Shown here: positions 27,461-37,609 of the stretch, in pieces
Position numbering within the stretch: the first letter of the stretch is position 1
Layout of the letters: each line of letters opens with the position of its first letter
Source of the DNA: a virus
Length of the DNA stretch: 64,000 bases
Strand: one strand, 5' to 3'
IMG/VR virus record: IMGVR_UViG_2551306393_000012
Position numbers and translations under genes: made by a program
The notes under the pieces: model-generated
What the model was told of the DNA's origin: nothing
The model's database searches: none
The model's input: the letters and a program-made list of their open reading frames with translations, nothing else

Positions 27461-27866
27461 CTTTAAATAATGCCCTTGTAAGCTTCGATGCTTATTATGC
27501 GGTCAACAAAATTTTTCCGGGTAAACGAGGCTTTGAAATTCATACCCTCGTAAAATAAGTGATATGGTTTTGGGCGCTTGATCACCGCTCTCATTTCACA
27601 GAAAAGGATTATTTTCGGTCTTGCCTTTTCATTTTCACTTAGGAACATATTCACTATTTATTCGCTACTTCTCCTTCAATGTTCTGAATGGAGACTTACC
27701 TTTCCCATGCACATACCTCCTTACACGGGTCAGGGAAAACTGTGCAAAATAAATGGCGAGCGTTTGAGACGCTTTGTTTCTCAATAAGGCGTGTAACCTG
27801 ACAAGAGAGACTGAAAATGCCATTGAGAAGGCTTATAATGGGTCTTTCCTTCTCAACCATATAAAA

Positions 27867-27891
27867 TAAGCCGCCCATGAAAGGCGGCTTA
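27867..27891. terminator. Hairpin between the ncRNA region and the convergent 415-aa gene
   Basis: TAAGCCGCC-CATGAAA-GGCGGCTTA. Confidence 0.7.
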
Positions 27892-27912
27892 ATCTTACAA
27901 GTTCAGTTAATA

Positions 27913-29160
27913 TTATTTTAAAAACTTATTTACAAACTCTACTACTTCATCATACTTATGATCCGTTGGTTGCCTCTCCAGTTCATTATCTGGATGAGAA
28001 GATCTCTGCATTAATCTAATATTTATAGTATTTAAAGAAGCTGTCAAATTGAATATTACAAATCCAGCATTAAACAATTTCCCTATTTTCAAAAACTCTA
28101 TCTCTTGCTGATTTAGAAGGACTGATAAATTTATCCAATAAAGTTCATCTGTTGAGATACATTTATAATCTTTTTCAATAATGGATACCTCAGCGTAGTT
28201 CTCTTTTCCTTCACCATGCTTGTTTCTAAATTTAATCCCAACAATATCGCCCTGTTCATTAGTATCAAGACTTTTTGATATTATACATAATACTGATGTA
28301 GAGATGTGTTCTTTAGATGTGATCCCCTCTTCATGAACTGGGCCAAATTCTTTGTGAATTTTACCTACAAACGCATCAATTTCAGGTTGAAAATCAGCTG
28401 ATTTTTGTTGAGCCTTTTCACGTTGACCTTTAAGTAAATTTTCTTCAATTAGAAATAGTGATTTTCTAACATTGTCAATTTCCTTACAGTGTATCTTGGG
28501 CTCAAAACCATATAAAAAGTTTAATGTGTTTTCAATCCGTCCCTTAAAAGTACTAACTTCTTTTGAGTTGCTTTCTATAAGGTCAACATCTTTTATCCTG
28601 ATATGCAGTAAATTCCTTCGAAAATCCACATCAATTATTGTCGGATAAGCTGCATATAAATCATCATCATCTTGCCTATAAATTTTAACTGGATTTTTGT
28701 CAAGTAAGAGCAATCTTATGCAATCAAAATCATATCTTCTATATCCACAAATAACGAAGTCGCTTTCAGCTTCATTATTTACATTCGACAGTATTTTATT
28801 GTCAGATGGGACTCCCCACTTCCTAAGCAACTGATTTAAATCTGTCTCATTGTTGCACATTATATTATCTGGTTGTAGTTTATATAAATATGAATTAAAC
28901 AAGGTGTCTTCTATCAGGAGAAAGAGCAATTCATCTAAATCCATTTCTGTTAAGAAACCTTCCTCAATTCCTTTAACTAAAGTTTTCGCCACCTTTATAG
29001 CTCTATCTTCATCGTCACTTTGAGTTAATACCTGGCTGTAACAGTCGTTAAATTGAGGATATTTTTTGATGAAAGCAAGCTTTTGCATTACGAGACCTTT
29101 TCTAAGGTAAGGATAAAATAATTTTAAGTCTGAAAATATTTCGTTACTACTTTTCTTCAT
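27913..29160 (-). CDS. Hypothetical 415-aa moron-like protein
   Basis: Long clean ORF, SD AAAGGGG, opposite to the surrounding late genes; no motif recognised. Confidence 0.8.
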   Translation of the reverse strand: MKKSSNEIFSDLKLFYPYLRKGLVMQKLAFIKKYPQFNDCYSQVLTQSDDEDRAIKVAKTLVKGIEEGFLTEMDLDELLFLLIEDTLFNSYLYKLQPDNIMCNNETDLNQLLRKWGVPSDNKILSNVNNEAESDFVICGYRRYDFDCIRLLLLDKNPVKIYRQDDDDLYAAYPTIIDVDFRRNLLHIRIKDVDLIESNSKEVSTFKGRIENTLNFLYGFEPKIHCKEIDNVRKSLFLIEENLLKGQREKAQQKSADFQPEIDAFVGKIHKEFGPVHEEGITSKEHISTSVLCIISKSLDTNEQGDIVGIKFRNKHGEGKENYAEVSIIEKDYKCISTDELYWINLSVLLNQQEIEFLKIGKLFNAGFVIFNLTASLNTINIRLMQRSSHPDNELERQPTDHKYDEVVEFVNKFLK

Positions 29161-29195
29161 ACTATAACCCCTTTTTATTTTTTAGGAGGAATGAA

Positions 29196-29372
29196 ATGAA
29201 AATTGAAATTTTCACTAACAGACTATTCCTGGGTTGTTTTGACGCTGAAGATTTTTTTCTAAGCAATGAATCTCTTGCGGTTGGTACAATTATTCAGATT
29301 GCAGATAAAGATTACTGTATAGTAACAATCTCTATAATTGAACCTTCCAAGATGTTTATAGAGGTCTGTTAA
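29196..29372 (+). CDS. Small hypothetical protein, 58 aa (MKIEIFTNRLFLGCFDAEDFF...)
   Basis: Below the track cutoff; SD AGGAGG; divergent from the 415-aa gene. Confidence 0.6.
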   Translation: MKIEIFTNRLFLGCFDAEDFFLSNESLAVGTIIQIADKDYCIVTISIIEPSKMFIEVC

Positions 29373-29579
29373 TCCACTCTCACTTTACATTATTCGACAT
29401 TTTTCCGATTTTCCCTTCAAAAATTTTCAATCATCTTTAAAATACACTCCTTGAGTATCTTTACAGATGAATAGCCAAGACTATTGGGTCAATTATGCAA
29501 TTAGAACTAGGGCATATAAAAACATAGAGCCTTTTTACGCTTACGAGCCTTCCGGTACGCAAGTATGTCAATCAATAAT

Positions 29580-29684
29580 CTCCTTCGGGCGTTTCCCCAA
29601 CGCCTATCCGACTTATCTTTCATCTCCTTTATATCCCCTTCTCGGACGTTACCGATGCTTCGGATCATCGGGCTTCCGAAGGAG
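29580..29684 (+). promoter_or_regulatory. Multi-stem structured leader upstream of yonK
   Basis: Closing stem CTCCTTCGG/CCGAAGGAG encloses GGCGTT/AACGCC, TCCGA/TCGGA and CCGATG/CATCGG. Confidence 0.55.
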
Positions 29685-29723
29685 CTTATTGTACGTAAAT
29701 AGAAAATTATTGGAGGAATTTAA

Positions 29724-29915
29724 ATGGCAAGCAAAAAAGTACATCAAATTAATGTTAAAGGCTTTTTCGATATGGACGTAATGGAAGTTACTGAACAAAC
29801 TAAAGAAGCTGAATACACATATGACTTCAAAGAAATTCTTTCAGAGTTTAATGGAAAGAATGTTTCAATTACTGTAAAAGAAGAAAATGAACTTCCTGTT
29901 AAAGACGTTGAGTAA
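29724..29915 (+). CDS. yonK: YonK-family small protein
   Basis: 63 aa, SD GGAGG, synteny. Confidence 0.8.
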   Translation: MASKKVHQINVKGFFDMDVMEVTEQTKEAEYTYDFKEILSEFNGKNVSITVKEENELPVKDVE

Positions 29916-29927
29916 GGCGGTGACTGA

Positions 29928-31145
29928 ATGATCGATCCTGTTCAAACTAAGCGTCACTCAGATGAAAACCTTAAAGAATGGAAAATAAGAATCTGCTCTA
30001 ATAAAGACATTTATAATCTAAACTGGGAAGAAATCAAAGAGTTAATCAACAAGGAAACCGGCGAATCTAAAGGTGAATCAGCTTATAGAAAATGGTTCAA
30101 CAACTTCATTGAGGGGGTTGAATACCAAAAAGAAAAGTCAGCTGAATCAAATAATTCTCTCCTTGAATTGGAACTGAAAAAGGTTGAAATCATGGAAGAG
30201 AGAAAAAAGCTTCAAGCTGTAAAGCATGAAATACATAAAAATACACGTGTCAAAGGTCGAACAGAGCTTCTATATGAAAATGTAACTGAAGCAATTGAGA
30301 AAGTAGGTACTCTCCCTCCCCCTTCCTTCTATCCATTAAATAAGAGCGAAAGAAAAAGAGCTGCTGTTCTAGGGTTTGGAGATGAACACTTCGGGAAGCA
30401 ATTTAAAAGCAACAACAATGAATACAACGAACAGATTTATTTGCAGCGTATGAATCAGATTCTTTCTGAAACTGTTGAGTACATTCAAAAAGAAAATTTA
30501 GATGAGCTGGTCGTGTTAAATGGTGCTGACAGTGTTGAAGGTATGGCATTGCGCGTATCGCAATTAACTGCCCTTCAGTACGGTTTTATTGACCAAGTGA
30601 TTAAATACTCTAGGTACAAAGCTGAATGGCTTTTAGAGCTTTCTAAGCACGTCAAAATTAAGTACATACATATCCCTTCTGCAAATCATACTGAACTAAG
30701 ATTACATAATACAAATCGCTCGGAAATGCCTAAAGAAGATGTAGAGCGTATTATCGCTACTTATATCCATGACGTACTCAAAGACAATGAGCGAATTGAA
30801 GTTCCTTTATACGACGAAGGAATTGTGGATTTTAAATTACTTGAATTTGAAATTGTTGCTTGTCACGGACACCAGATTAAAAACAAAAAGAATGCCATTC
30901 GTGACATCTCACAGATGAAACGAAAATTCTACGATTACATGTACATCTCCCACTTCCACCACGGAAACATGCTCACTGTAGGTGAAGCAGCCACTCATAA
31001 TATCCAAGTTATACAACTCCCTTCTGTAATGGGTTCCGATGAATACAGTGACAGCTTAATGACAGGTGCCAAAGCTGGAGCAAACTTATCAATTTATGAA
31101 TCTGGTAAAGGTCGGACTATTCAGTACGATTACATATTGAATTAA
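29928..31145 (+). CDS. yonJ: YonJ metallophosphoesterase-like protein with an N-terminal helical domain
   Basis: GDEHFG, NGAD, SANH, HGH, SHFHH motifs; 405 aa. Confidence 0.85.
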   Translation: MIDPVQTKRHSDENLKEWKIRICSNKDIYNLNWEEIKELINKETGESKGESAYRKWFNNFIEGVEYQKEKSAESNNSLLELELKKVEIMEERKKLQAVKHEIHKNTRVKGRTELLYENVTEAIEKVGTLPPPSFYPLNKSERKRAAVLGFGDEHFGKQFKSNNNEYNEQIYLQRMNQILSETVEYIQKENLDELVVLNGADSVEGMALRVSQLTALQYGFIDQVIKYSRYKAEWLLELSKHVKIKYIHIPSANHTELRLHNTNRSEMPKEDVERIIATYIHDVLKDNERIEVPLYDEGIVDFKLLEFEIVACHGHQIKNKKNAIRDISQMKRKFYDYMYISHFHHGNMLTVGEAATHNIQVIQLPSVMGSDEYSDSLMTGAKAGANLSIYESGKGRTIQYDYILN

Positions 31146-31164
31146 TATGAAGGAGTAAAATCAA

Positions 31165-31260
31165 ATGAAGACAAAAAGTTTTTTTAACGAATTAAGTGGT
31201 CATTGGGTTAATTTCTCAGATGAATTTAAAACGGAGCTTTCCTTAATTATTGCTGGTTAA
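31165..31260 (+). CDS. Very small ORF, 31 aa, or gene remnant
   Basis: SD AAGGAG; MKTKSFFNELSGHWVNFSDEFKTELSLIIAG*. Confidence 0.4.
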   Translation: MKTKSFFNELSGHWVNFSDEFKTELSLIIAG

Positions 31261-31381
31261 TTTCTACAACTTAGCCTAACCGAAGTGTTTGGACATTATT
31301 TTTTCAACTAAGGGAGCCTCATGTAGGCTCCTATAAACTTTGTTTAAAACTTTAATTTTATACAGATGAGGATGATGAAGT

Positions 31382-31861
31382 ATGAAAATGACGAATGAAG
31401 ACTTTAAATATTTAAACAAGCATTTTGAACAACTTATTAAATTAAGAGAATCTGGCTATAAATGTGATTTTGAGATTAGAACTGTCTTAGATAAATTGCA
31501 TGAAAAAATGGGTCTTGAGCAAAGAGTAGCTATCGGAACATGTTCAATGCCTGGAATTAGTATAAAAGAACCTTCCGTTGTTGTTTCACAAGGAGCAGTT
31601 AATTATTCACCGGGATTTGGGTCATCTAAAGGTGATACCCCCTTAAACAGTCAGAAAGATAAACCTAAGCTATTGATTCTTGGTGAACCTAGTTTGCTTT
31701 TTGAATTTTTCAAAGCATATATTGTACCTGAATCAACTATAGTAAGATGCAATATAAGTCGAGATCAATCTCAGATAATTACAGAGGAAATTGAGATAAC
31801 TTTTTTGAAGAAGACATCCTCTACTAGGGGGATGCGATTTGATTATAAATTGTCTATGTAA
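31382..31861 (+). CDS. Hypothetical protein at the yonH position
   Basis: SD GAGGATG; directly before the yonG-like gene. Confidence 0.65.
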   Translation: MKMTNEDFKYLNKHFEQLIKLRESGYKCDFEIRTVLDKLHEKMGLEQRVAIGTCSMPGISIKEPSVVVSQGAVNYSPGFGSSKGDTPLNSQKDKPKLLILGEPSLLFEFFKAYIVPESTIVRCNISRDQSQIITEEIEITFLKKTSSTRGMRFDYKLSM

Positions 31862-31971
31862 TTAAAAACACATTTTAAGAGCGCCCAGTGATGAATGAAG
31901 TCTCCACCACTTCTCTATTGCTGGGCGTTTTATAAAACGTGTTTTTGAACCAATTATTTGGAGGTGAACCA

Positions 31972-32964
31972 ATGCCAAGAAAAGCTAAAGAAAAGGAAAA
32001 ATTGATCTGTGCTGCTTGTCAAAAAGAAAAGGACAAAGAGTCGGGGTTCTACAATTCACGAAGTAGCCTTTATGAGAAAACAGGCAAAGTCCCTATTTGC
32101 AAGACTTGCTTGAAGAAAAATATTGATTACAGCAATATTGAGTCAATATATACAGTCTTACAACAGATCGATGTTAAATTTGATCCTTTGTATTGGGAAC
32201 AAGCTGAAAAGAGAAAAACAGATACATTTAGCGCTTATATGACAATGGCTAATTCTTTGAAGCAATTTAACGGTACTGGTTGGAAGGACAGTATTCTAGA
32301 ACAACAACAAGAAAAAGCTATTGCTGCCGAAACTCAGCGTGATTCAGTAGAACAAGTCTCAGATGAAATAATTGATAAATGGGGAATTGGTTATACACCC
32401 GATGAATACCACCAGTTTGAAAGGAAGTACAACAAACTCATTCGAAATTATGGAGAAAAAACCGCTCTCCATACTGAGGGATTACTCTCCTATATTCGCT
32501 TTCGTGTCAAAGAAGAACTAGCTACAGCTAAGGGAGAAGTAAAGGAAGCTAAAGAGTGGGGTCAAATGGCTTCAAAAGCAGCTACTGACGCAAAGATCAA
32601 CGTTTCTCAGTTAAGCAAAAGCGATATTAGTGGCGGTGTGGATGTGCTTTCACAACTATTCGAAGCAGTTGAAACTGAATTAGGCATCATCCCTCTCCTT
32701 CCCCGCCTAACCGCTCAACCTTACGATGATGCTGATTTAATCATTTGGGCCATAATCAATTATTACAGAAGACTAGAGGATAAAGAAAAAGTAGCTTATA
32801 AAGACATATATCATTTTTACGATGAGATGCTCGAAGAAGATTTCAAATCAAAGGGGCTAACTACAGAAGAAATTGAAAACTTGAAAAAAGCACGAAACAA
32901 CGTTTTCCGTGACTTAGAAGATGTGTATAAAGAGCCACTTTACGACACTGGGGATGAAGAATAA
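31972..32964 (+). CDS. yonG: YonG, putative terminase small subunit / packaging protein
   Basis: ATG 31972 (SD GGAGGTG); N-terminal CxxC...CxxC; coupled to the terminase large subunit. Confidence 0.75.
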   Translation: MPRKAKEKEKLICAACQKEKDKESGFYNSRSSLYEKTGKVPICKTCLKKNIDYSNIESIYTVLQQIDVKFDPLYWEQAEKRKTDTFSAYMTMANSLKQFNGTGWKDSILEQQQEKAIAAETQRDSVEQVSDEIIDKWGIGYTPDEYHQFERKYNKLIRNYGEKTALHTEGLLSYIRFRVKEELATAKGEVKEAKEWGQMASKAATDAKINVSQLSKSDISGGVDVLSQLFEAVETELGIIPLLPRLTAQPYDDADLIIWAIINYYRRLEDKEKVAYKDIYHFYDEMLEEDFKSKGLTTEEIENLKKARNNVFRDLEDVYKEPLYDTGDEE

Positions 32965-35900
32965 TGGCAAGCTACAAAAACTTCACCTCTAAGAACAATA
33001 AACATACAAAAAATCGAACAGATATTTATGAATCCTCATTTGAAACTCCAGTAAATCCCAATGATAGCTCTAACTTAATACAGAAAAACATTTCAAAATG
33101 GGCAGAATTCACCTCCTTCATTCGTTTTTATCCTGATATTTTTTATGACATGTTAAAACCCGAAGTTGGTGGAATTGAACTTGATTTATACCAAAGAGTT
33201 ATGATGAGAACTCTAAGTCGCTTCCCTCAAAATTACTTCTGTATTCCTCGCGGTGGATCAAAATGTGTTGCAGGAGACACAGTTTTATTTACTGAAAATG
33301 GATTAGTAGAAATTGGCGCACTATTCAATTACGAAAAAAAAGAGTCTGAAGTTGAAACAATACATAAAATCTCAATGAAAAACAGATATGGTCTAATGGA
33401 AACTTCTATGGCCGGCATATCAAGCGGATTCAAGAAAACGAAGAAAATCAAAACTCAAGATGGCTATGACTTGGAAGCAAGTTTAAATCACCCAGTATTA
33501 GTAATGTGTGAAGATGGAAAACTAAGATACAAAAATTCTAGTGAAATTAAAGTTGGAGATTTATTACCTATTTCAAGAAACAATAATGTATTTGGAAGTG
33601 AAACAAAGCTAAATGTAAGCTTTGATGATTTCTTAAATGGATTTAGCAATCAAGGCAGATGGCAAGTAGAAAGAAACAAATTCAATATTCCAGAATACAT
33701 TGATGAACAATTAGCATTAATTATTGGTTATCTTCTTGGTGATGGTTGCTTGACTAGAAACAATTCAATACTTTTTACAAATGAAGACGAAGATATATTA
33801 AATAATTATATAGATTATTTTAACAACGTATTAGGTATTGCAGTTAAGCAAAAAGATAGAATTAATTTTATCGTATTTGGTAAGCTCATTCGAGAATTCT
33901 TCAGACAGTTAGGACTGGAAGAAAAAGATGCTTTTGGTAAGGAAATACCTAAAATTATACTTAAAGCACCTAAAAATATTGTTGCAAAAACAATACAAGG
34001 TCTATTTGATACCGATGGATGTGTGACAAATAAAAGCGTACAATTTTGCACTGCATCAGAAAAAATGAGTAAACAAGTTCAAATGTTACTTTTAAACTTT
34101 GGTATTATTTCTTTCAGAAAAAAATATCTAAATAAAAAATTTAATACTTATCATTATAAGATCAATATTTCTACAAAGAATATTGATCTTTTTTTACGGG
34201 AAATTGGATTTAGTTGTTCAAGAAAGCAAGAAAAACTTATATCAATATGTAACAAAAATCGCAATCCAAATAAAGATGTCATCCCTTATCAGCAAGATAA
34301 CATTATAGCAATTTATCCTAAAGGTAAAACAAGAGATAAATTTTATCATGTTCTTAAAGGATCTAATGATCTTACTTACGAAAAATTATCACTATTATTA
34401 AGTGAAAATGAGCGTTTTGATAATAAAGATAGCGATGAATTCAACCATTTAGTAGAGCTTTATGATTCTAATTACTATTACACTAAAGTAATTGAAACAG
34501 AAGACTCTGAGAACTACGTTTATGATCTATATATGCCTTTAACCAACTCATTTGTAAGTAATGGATTAGTTAGTCATAATACATTGACCCAGATCATGGT
34601 AGCGTACCATACAGCAATTTGTTTTCCAAATGTCACACTAGCTATAACCGCTTCAACCAAAGAATCTGCGGTTAAAATTTGGAAAGAAAAACATGATGAA
34701 ATCCTAAGATTCTACCCTTCTATTGCAGATGAAATCAAAAACGAAAGTTTTTCCAAAGATACTGGAAGAGTTGAATTTCAAAATGGCGCAATTATCGATA
34801 ACCTAGCCAATGCCCAATCTTCAAAGGGATTACGTAGAAGACGTGGCTCTCTTGAAGAATCTGCATTAATCGATAAAGATCTCTATGATGATGCCATTGA
34901 ACCAATATTCAATATTCCACGAACTACAATGACTGGTGAAATTGATCCTGCAGAATTAAATGGTCAAATAAACCGTTTTTCAACATCAGGATACAAAAAC
35001 TCTGATGAATACGAAAAGATTCTTACTATGGTTAAAGAAACTGGTGACTTGAAAGGCTCCTTTGTGTTTGGATCTGATTGGAGAATTCCTATCCACTTTG
35101 GTCGTCAAAAAATGTCCACGATTAATAAAGCCAGACAAGGAAACGTTACCCGTTTTCGACAAAATTACCTTTGTGATTGGATTGGTGCAAGTGACGGAGC
35201 TTTAATCAACATCAGTAAATTAATTAAAGCCAGAACTATTACACAACCAGAGCTATCTTGTCCTCGGGATAAAAACAAAAACTTTTTGCTTAATGAGTAT
35301 GTTATTGGTGTAGACGTTGCACGTTCTGCAGCTGAGTCAAACAACAAAACTGCTATTATTGTTTTAAAAATTATAAGGAATAGTAATAACCTTATTAGAC
35401 AAGTTCAAGTAGTTAATATCATTGAACCACCTAATGGATTAAGCTTTAAGGAACAATCCATCATGGTGAAAAGAGTATTTAAAAATTATGGCGGAAACCA
35501 AGACCTCTCACTCTCTAGAGTCAAAGCTGTTGTTGTTGATGGTAATGGAGTCGGCGGTGGATTAATCGACCGATTATTAGAAGATGTTACTGATCCTGAA
35601 ACAAATGAAGAGCTTGGATGTTGGGCTACAATTAACACTGATCAAAAACCAGACGTGCCTAATTCACCTGAAGTCGTTTACAATCTAAAATCACAAGGTA
35701 TAAACCAGGATATTATCACCCAGTTTTTAGACTATGTTGAATCGGGGAAGTTAAAGTTACTCAAAGCTTTCGAAGATATCAAAAACCAAAAAGACATTGC
35801 AGACGATGTTATGGTTGAAGCAGCATGTATTCAAACTCAGTTGTTTATTGACGAAGTGGCCAACCTACGGATCAAGAAAAACCAAAATTCTTTTACTGTA

Positions 35901-36029
35901 GAACAGGTTGTAAAACGTATCGATAAAGACAGATACAGTGCGATTGCTTACGCCTTATATTACATTGCTCAATTTTTAGAGAAAGAGGAATCCGATGAAG
36001 AGTATTCATTTGGGTTCTTTTTTAATTGA
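32964..36029 (+). CDS. yonF: Terminase large subunit containing an intein (582-aa mature protein)
   Basis: PRGGSK^TL Walker A split by the intein; SLEESA Walker B; C-terminal nuclease motifs GVDVA, VDGNGVG, DRYSA. Confidence 0.92.
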   Translation: MASYKNFTSKNNKHTKNRTDIYESSFETPVNPNDSSNLIQKNISKWAEFTSFIRFYPDIFYDMLKPEVGGIELDLYQRVMMRTLSRFPQNYFCIPRGGSKCVAGDTVLFTENGLVEIGALFNYEKKESEVETIHKISMKNRYGLMETSMAGISSGFKKTKKIKTQDGYDLEASLNHPVLVMCEDGKLRYKNSSEIKVGDLLPISRNNNVFGSETKLNVSFDDFLNGFSNQGRWQVERNKFNIPEYIDEQLALIIGYLLGDGCLTRNNSILFTNEDEDILNNYIDYFNNVLGIAVKQKDRINFIVFGKLIREFFRQLGLEEKDAFGKEIPKIILKAPKNIVAKTIQGLFDTDGCVTNKSVQFCTASEKMSKQVQMLLLNFGIISFRKKYLNKKFNTYHYKINISTKNIDLFLREIGFSCSRKQEKLISICNKNRNPNKDVIPYQQDNIIAIYPKGKTRDKFYHVLKGSNDLTYEKLSLLLSENERFDNKDSDEFNHLVELYDSNYYYTKVIETEDSENYVYDLYMPLTNSFVSNGLVSHNTLTQIMVAYHTAICFPNVTLAITASTKESAVKIWKEKHDEILRFYPSIADEIKNESFSKDTGRVEFQNGAIIDNLANAQSSKGLRRRRGSLEESALIDKDLYDDAIEPIFNIPRTTMTGEIDPAELNGQINRFSTSGYKNSDEYEKILTMVKETGDLKGSFVFGSDWRIPIHFGRQKMSTINKARQGNVTRFRQNYLCDWIGASDGALINISKLIKARTITQPELSCPRDKNKNFLLNEYVIGVDVARSAAESNNKTAIIVLKIIRNSNNLIRQVQVVNIIEPPNGLSFKEQSIMVKRVFKNYGGNQDLSLSRVKAVVVDGNGVGGGLIDRLLEDVTDPETNEELGCWATINTDQKPDVPNSPEVVYNLKSQGINQDIITQFLDYVESGKLKLLKAFEDIKNQKDIADDVMVEAACIQTQLFIDEVANLRIKKNQNSFTVEQVVKRIDKDRYSAIAYALYYIAQFLEKEESDEEYSFGFFFN
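33264..34580 (+). mobile_element. Intein with a LAGLIDADG homing endonuclease (439 aa)
   Basis: Begins CVAGDT; block B ASLNHPV; LAGLIDADG-like IIGYLLGDG and IQGLFDTDG; ends FVSNGLVSHN followed by Thr. Confidence 0.95.
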
Positions 36030-36052
36030 ATTTTTTAATCAGGAGGTGAAAA

Positions 36053-37591
36053 ATGGATACCCCAAAAGAGCCGTCTTATGAATATAATACTGATTTATCA
36101 AACCTGGATTCGCTATTCTTCAATACCTCAAATACTTCAGTTTCATATGATCGAGTGAAAACTTGGCTTAATAATCACAACCTTTATAACAAACAAATTC
36201 GAAATGCCTCAAAATTTCTTTATAATTCAAATGGTATTTACAGAAATGTAATTGACTACATGGTTTCGCTCCCTACTCTAGATAGAGTTGTCTATGGGAA
36301 CTCAAATGATCATAGTCAATTAAAATTGGACAAACGAACATATGAAATCGCGTTAAGAAAAATAAATGACAAAAATATTGTCCGAGATTCACTTAGAAAA
36401 CTAAGTCTTTACGGCACATCTTTCCACTATTTTGAATCAATTGTAGCCGACAACTTTCCTAAAACACTTAGTGATTATGAAGTTGATTCCATATCTGAAA
36501 TCAACGATGCACAAGAGTTCAATTGTTCTATCCTCTCGCTCCCTATCGATTACTGTAAAATTGTCGGGAGAAAAAACTCTTCTTATTTAGTGGCTTTTGA
36601 TGTCTCCTACTTTGATCAATTCACAAGCAAAGGGAGATCTTTAAAACTTAAAAGGTGGCCAAAGGAATTTAGACAAGGTTATGTTGAGTACAAAAAAGAT
36701 CTCAATAAACGTTGGCTCGTATTAGACAACAATAAGACAATCACCGTTAAAGGCAGTGCTGATATGGAAGATCAATGGGGACGACCGATTGGACTAGCTG
36801 CATTTGTTGATATGGTTTATGACGATTATTTTGTTGATACAAAAAGAAACATCCTTGATGATTTGAACAGTACATTAATTTATCAAACATTGCCCGAAGG
36901 TGAAAAGAAAGGTGTTTCTTCCTTAACGCAAAAGCAACAAGAGCAACAGCACAACAGCATCAAAAATGCCTTAGTTTCTAAAGGCGCTGTCAAAGGGATA
37001 AAATTCTTCTCTTTGGCCTCAGGCACTAAGCTAGACAAACTTGAGACAAACGTTGATTTCCTTAAAGTCAAAGGTGAAGATGAATTAATAAAACGAATAT
37101 CAACTAACTTAGGTTTTGCAGGTTCAGCGTTAAATGGTCAAGACGGAAATTATTCCTCTCAATCTACAAACATTGAAATGGTGTCCTCACAAATTTTCTC
37201 CTGGTTAGAACATATCTCTAGTGAGTTTAACAAAGTCATTAATGCAAATATCATTAAAAATCCCAAGTCTTATGTTGAAGTTTACTATCTCCCCCTTACC
37301 CACGTTAACCGTAAAGAAAAAGTCCAAAATATGAAGGACTTGTACACGAGTGGTCGAGGAAGTTTAACTGCTTGGATAGCAGCTACTGGGTGGAATCCTG
37401 ATGCCTACTTGTCATTAATGGAATATGAAAAAGAAGAAGGATTCGATGAGAAGTTCCCTGTTCATGCAACTTCCTACACTATGAGTAAGAATGATAAGTC
37501 TGCTGGTCGTCCTGAAGACGGTAGTTCTCAAAACGAGAACACCATTAAGTCCAAAACAAATAACAGTAATGGTACGCCCTCTGGCTCATGA
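36053..37591 (+). CDS. yonE: Portal protein
   Basis: 512 aa after the terminase; synteny. Confidence 0.8.
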   Translation: MDTPKEPSYEYNTDLSNLDSLFFNTSNTSVSYDRVKTWLNNHNLYNKQIRNASKFLYNSNGIYRNVIDYMVSLPTLDRVVYGNSNDHSQLKLDKRTYEIALRKINDKNIVRDSLRKLSLYGTSFHYFESIVADNFPKTLSDYEVDSISEINDAQEFNCSILSLPIDYCKIVGRKNSSYLVAFDVSYFDQFTSKGRSLKLKRWPKEFRQGYVEYKKDLNKRWLVLDNNKTITVKGSADMEDQWGRPIGLAAFVDMVYDDYFVDTKRNILDDLNSTLIYQTLPEGEKKGVSSLTQKQQEQQHNSIKNALVSKGAVKGIKFFSLASGTKLDKLETNVDFLKVKGEDELIKRISTNLGFAGSALNGQDGNYSSQSTNIEMVSSQIFSWLEHISSEFNKVINANIIKNPKSYVEVYYLPLTHVNRKEKVQNMKDLYTSGRGSLTAWIAATGWNPDAYLSLMEYEKEEGFDEKFPVHATSYTMSKNDKSAGRPEDGSSQNENTIKSKTNNSNGTPSGS

Positions 37592-37609
37592 AGGGAGGTG
37601 AATTAATAT

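Noticed and set aside
26799-27878. Short track ORFs (26799, 26837, 27463, 27578, 27696)
   Set aside because: No SD, atypical composition, mutually overlapping; better explained as structured RNA.
29467-29781. 104-aa plus-strand ORF
   Set aside because: No SD; runs through the structured leader and overlaps yonK out of frame.
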